From Eledone cirrhosa (taxonomy: Eukaryota): DNA of 53,709 nt. Numbering within the stretch: position 1 is the first letter of the stretch; every line of letters starts with the position of its first letter. The translations under genes were made by a program, and so were the position numbers. The notes below the pieces were generated by a model. The model was given only the letters and a program-made list of their open reading frames with translations, was not told the origin of the DNA and made no database searches. The stretch spans positions 1 through 53,709 of the forward strand of contig CAXHJY010001260.1 in the NCBI GenBank assembly GCA_964016885.1, written 5' to 3'. Shown here in pieces: positions 49,342-53,709 of the stretch.

Positions 49342-50132
49342 ACACACGCACACGCACACACAGACACACACACACGCACACGCGCACGCACACGCACACG
49401 CACACGCACACACAGACACAGACACAGACACAGACACACAGACACAGACACAGACACACACACAGACATACACACAGACACACACACACGCACACACACA
49501 CACGCACACACACACACGCACACACACACACGCACACACACACACACACACACACACGCAGCTGTTCTTCTCCATACACACACACACAGGCACATGCATA
49601 ATTTTACTCTTCACCACACACACATAAAGATACGCACCCACTTATGTACACACACAAGCATTAACTGCTACATAACACATACATACAGATTCACAAACAT
49701 ATATACATGCATACATACATACACACATGCATATACATTACTCCACAGACACACACACATATCTCACTCTACACACATACATACACACACACAGCTCACT
49801 ACACACACACACACACACACACACACGTTATCTTATTTCACACACAAACACACACACCTCTTACTCACCCCACACACAACCTTATCCCCCATCCCCCATT
49901 CACCTCCCCCATCCCCACACAAACTTATTCCCCTCCCCATCCCCTCACTCCACCATGGACACATATAATCTTTATCCCCCGCCCCCCACATGCACAGACA
50001 TGCTAATTAACGCTGTAATTAAAGATCGTTTCCATGGTTGCGGACACATGCGCCACCTGGATACTTGGATAATGTGTTATGGCGTGTGTATGTGTGTGTG
50101 TTTATATATATATGTATGTATGTATATATACA

Positions 50133-50438
50133 TAAATATAAATATGTATACATACATACATATATGTATACAGACGTACAGTAGTATATATATATACATA
50201 CATACATGCACACATATATATATATGTACGTATGGGTTGAACAAAAGGGCAACGATGGTTACCGAACACTGTACGGCTAATAATTCAGGCTGTTTGTTTA
50301 CAAAGAAACAGAGCATTATCATAAATGGTCGGTAAACCCATATGTACATATATATGTGTGTGCATGTATATATATATATATACATACTACTGTACGTCTG
50401 TATACATATATGTATGTACGTATACATACTTATATTTA
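50133..50438. repeat. Inverted repeat, ~105-bp arms with ~95-bp spacer (MITE-like)
   Basis: TATACAGACGTACAGTAGTAT...TATGGGTT / AACCCATA...ATACTACTGTACGTCTGTATA. Confidence 0.75.
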
Positions 50439-50442
50439 AGTA

Positions 50443-50574
50443 TCAGCTGAGTAAACTGGAGCAATGTGAAATAAAGTGTCTTGCTCAAGGAAACAACACA
50501 TCACCCGGTCTGAGAATTGAACTCGCAACCTTTCGATTGCAAGGCTAATGCTCTAACCACTAAGCCATGTGCCT

Positions 50575-50576
<2 letters not shown>
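50443..50576 (-). mobile_element. SINE family A, 5' half
   Basis: Reverse complement of the tRNA head and CORE-like region. Confidence 0.85.
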
Positions 50577-50657
<81 letters not shown>

Positions 50658-51031
50658 TATATATATATATACACATATATATATATATACACATATATAT
50701 ATATATATACACATATATATATATATACACATATATACATATATATATATATACACATATATACACACATATATATATATATATATACACATATACATAT
50801 TCTCTCTGTGAGACAATATTTTTCTCAGTTGTAAAGGCTATTTCTCTCTCTCTATCACTCATTTCTCCTCCTCTCCCATCCTTTTTCTTTCTTCCTCTTC
50901 ATTACCTTTTCCTACCCCCCCCCTCCTTTTTTTTCCCCCCAATCTCATATATCCATCTTACTTTATTTTTTCATGTTGATTTAAAACTTCACTGCTCACA
51001 AGTGTTTTTTAAGCTTCATATCACATTTCCC

Positions 51032-51102
51032 TATTTTATCTGATGAGAATGCAAATATCATCCCATGATGATATTTGTTTTTGAAATGCGCATAATAAAA
51101 TA
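51032..51102 (+). ncRNA. Type I hammerhead ribozyme, same family as 27.9 kb (element ~50970-51140)
   Basis: TATTTTAT-CTGATGA-GAAtGCAAATATCATC ccat GATGATATTTGTtTTT-GAAA-TGCGCA-TA^ATAAAATA. Confidence 0.8.
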
Positions 51103-51140
51103 CTTGGAACTCTTTTAACCATCTTTTGATCTTATATTAT

Positions 51141-51203
51141 ATATTATATATATATATATATACATATATATATGCACACATATATATATATATACATATA
51201 TAA

Positions 51204-51289
<86 letters not shown>

Positions 51290-51891
51290 CATATATATAT
51301 ATATATATATACATATAAACTACATATATATATATATATATACATATATAAACTATATATATATATATATGGAGGCACATGGCTTAGTGGTTAGAGCATT
51401 GGCCTTGCAATCGAAAGGTTGTGAGTTCAATTCTCAGACCGGGTGATGTGTTGTTTCCTTGAGCAAGACACTTTATTTCACATTGCTCCAGTTTACTCAG
51501 CTGTAGAAATGAGATGATAGGGACTGGGTTCCCTATCATTCCACTGCAAAGTGGACGTGGAGGCGCCACGGCAAAAAAGCACCCAGCACTCACTGTAAAT
51601 GAGGTTGGTGTTAGGAAGGGCATCCAGCTGTAGAAATCAAGCCAAAATCAGTTCCCGTCCCACCCTTGCAAGCAGGGAAAGCGGACGTAAAATGAAATGA
51701 TGATGAATGATGATACATATATAAACTACATATATATATATATATGTATGTATATATACATATATAAACTACATATATATATATGTATGTATATATACAT
51801 ATATAAACTACATATATATATATATGTATGTATATATACATATATAAACTACATATATATATATGTATGTATATATTCATATATAAACTAC

Positions 51892-51930
<39 letters not shown>

Positions 51931-51936
51931 TATATA

Positions 51937-51983
<47 letters not shown>

Positions 51984-52061
51984 TAAACTACATATATATA
52001 TATATAAACTACATATATATATATATATATATATGTATGTATATATTCATATATAAACTAC

Positions 52062-52096
<35 letters not shown>

Positions 52097-52110
52097 CATA
52101 TATAAACTAC

Positions 52111-52143
<33 letters not shown>

Positions 52144-52301
52144 CATATATAAACTACATATATATATATATATGTATATATTTATATATATACATATATA
52201 AACTACATATATATATATATATATGTATATATTTATTTATATACATATATAAACTACATATATATATATATGTATATATATTTATATATATACATATATA
52301 A

Positions 52302-52342
<41 letters not shown>

Positions 52343-52441
52343 CTATATATATACATATAAAAACTACACATATATATATATATATATATACATATAAAAA
52401 CTACACATATATATATATATATATACATATATAAACTACAC

Positions 52442-52472
<31 letters not shown>

Positions 52473-52515
52473 TATGCATATATATATATTTGTGTATATA
52501 TGTATATATATATTT
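51141..52515. repeat. TA-rich minisatellite (TATAAACTACATATA...) interrupted by a SINE
   Basis: Same unit on both sides of 51371-51713. Confidence 0.9.
51371..51713 (+). mobile_element. SINE family A (full length)
   Basis: Matches 44572-44913. Confidence 0.92.
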
Positions 52516-53424
52516 GTGTGTGTGTGTATTGATCAAGAGAAATTCTAATCAACCCTAGACAATCCTTTAAAAGCTCGTCAGCGACATTATTATTATACCC
52601 CTACAATACAACCTCACCTCACAACAAAAAACAACAGTAAAAAAAGTTAAAGAAATCTATACATATTTAATCGTGCTGCACGCTATTAAAATGATGCCCG
52701 GAGAAAGGAAAAAGAAGGAATATGAAAAGAAATTAGGAGGGGGATAAAAAAGATGCCAAAATCCAGCAAGGAAAATTTAAAAAAGATGAAAGTCATTTGG
52801 TTGAGCGCACCCTGTAACATCCAATATAACAGAGAATTTCATAGCCTTGATTAGAAAATATTTCATCCTACCATACCCAAGACCATCCCCAGCAATAACT
52901 ATATGGACAAAAAAAGGTGTTAGATAAAAGAGAAAAGGGGGGGGGGAAGAAAGAATTAAATAATACAAACGTAAAGGTTAGTTATAGCTGTACATCCTAA
53001 AATCATTAATGTCTGATAGAAAAGGCAAAGGTTTAATTGCAGACTTAGGATTAAGCCAGTTCAGACAAACATACATACACAGAATTGTACACACATACAC
53101 ACATATACATATATACATATATTTATACACACAAATACACACATATATATATCAACAACATCAATATCAAACTAGATTAGGATGACATCACACTGTGTTA
53201 TATGAAACTGGGCCAACAAGATAAGCATGGGTTAGACAGCTTGTTATATGATGACACTATTCAGATCAAGTGACCCAAGTCTTGCTGATATGGATCTGTA
53301 TTTTGGGTTGGTTTCTATGGCTCGATGCCCCTCCTAATGGCAACCACGTTATAGCATGCACTGGTTGGTCTCAAAGCACCCAAACAATCACCTTACAGGC
53401 TGGAGTGGGTGCTCTCTCTCTCTG

Positions 53425-53456
<32 letters not shown>

Positions 53457-53476
53457 TATATATATTTATTAAAATA

Positions 53477-53552
53477 ACAGATTAAAGTTTAAGCAAAGAA
53501 TCGCTGCTTTCACCCTTAACGGGATCTTCTGAAACTAACAAAGTCAATCTGT
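53477..53552 (-). ncRNA. Type I hammerhead fold with variant core (CAGAAGA)
   Basis: ACAGATTGA-ctttgtt-AGTTT-CAGAAGA-tCCC gttaa GGGt-GAAA-GCAG cgattct TTGC-TT^AAACT-TTAATCTGT. Confidence 0.65.
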
Positions 53553-53709
53553 AAACGCAGAAGTGGATATTTCAAAAAACGTTGCAACCGGAGGAAGACA
53601 GGAAGACGATATTTTGGTTCGTGGAAACGTTCGCTATGCAAATAAGTAATGGTATAAACAAAACATATACTTAGCTCCCACATCAAGACTTAAAATATCC
53701 ACGTATAGA

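Overview
AT-rich, repeat-saturated animal DNA with no recognisable host gene. The SINE families and microsatellite load suggest an octopus-like cephalopod, but this is inference. Contents: (1) three RTE-clade LINE families: RTE-A, with an uninterrupted APE-RT ORF running off the left edge and a PHD-like C4HC3 finger inside the RT region; decayed RTE-B, with a long structured 3' UTR; and an RTE-C fragment. (2) The 3' end of an L1/Tx1 LINE and a triple-C2H2 LINE-like C-terminus. (3) Many tRNA-headed SINEs, one family sharing its 3' tail with RTE-A. (4) Large satellites and microsatellites, which explain nearly all long low-complexity ORFs. The main unannotated signal is a set of short non-coding elements embedded in (TA)n tracts that carry type I hammerhead ribozyme motifs (CUGANGA...GAAA...NUH). 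There are about nine loci with complete or near-complete folds plus decayed ones. Three loci are ~110-125 bp inverted repeats with one hammerhead on each strand, and most related elements share a 3' tail containing a TGAGTRCT motif. This fits 5'-truncated, inverted pseudo-LTR insertions of Penelope-like elements or a retrozyme-like non-autonomous family. No Penelope RT/GIY-YIG ORF is visible here. All folds were made by eye; no searches were run.
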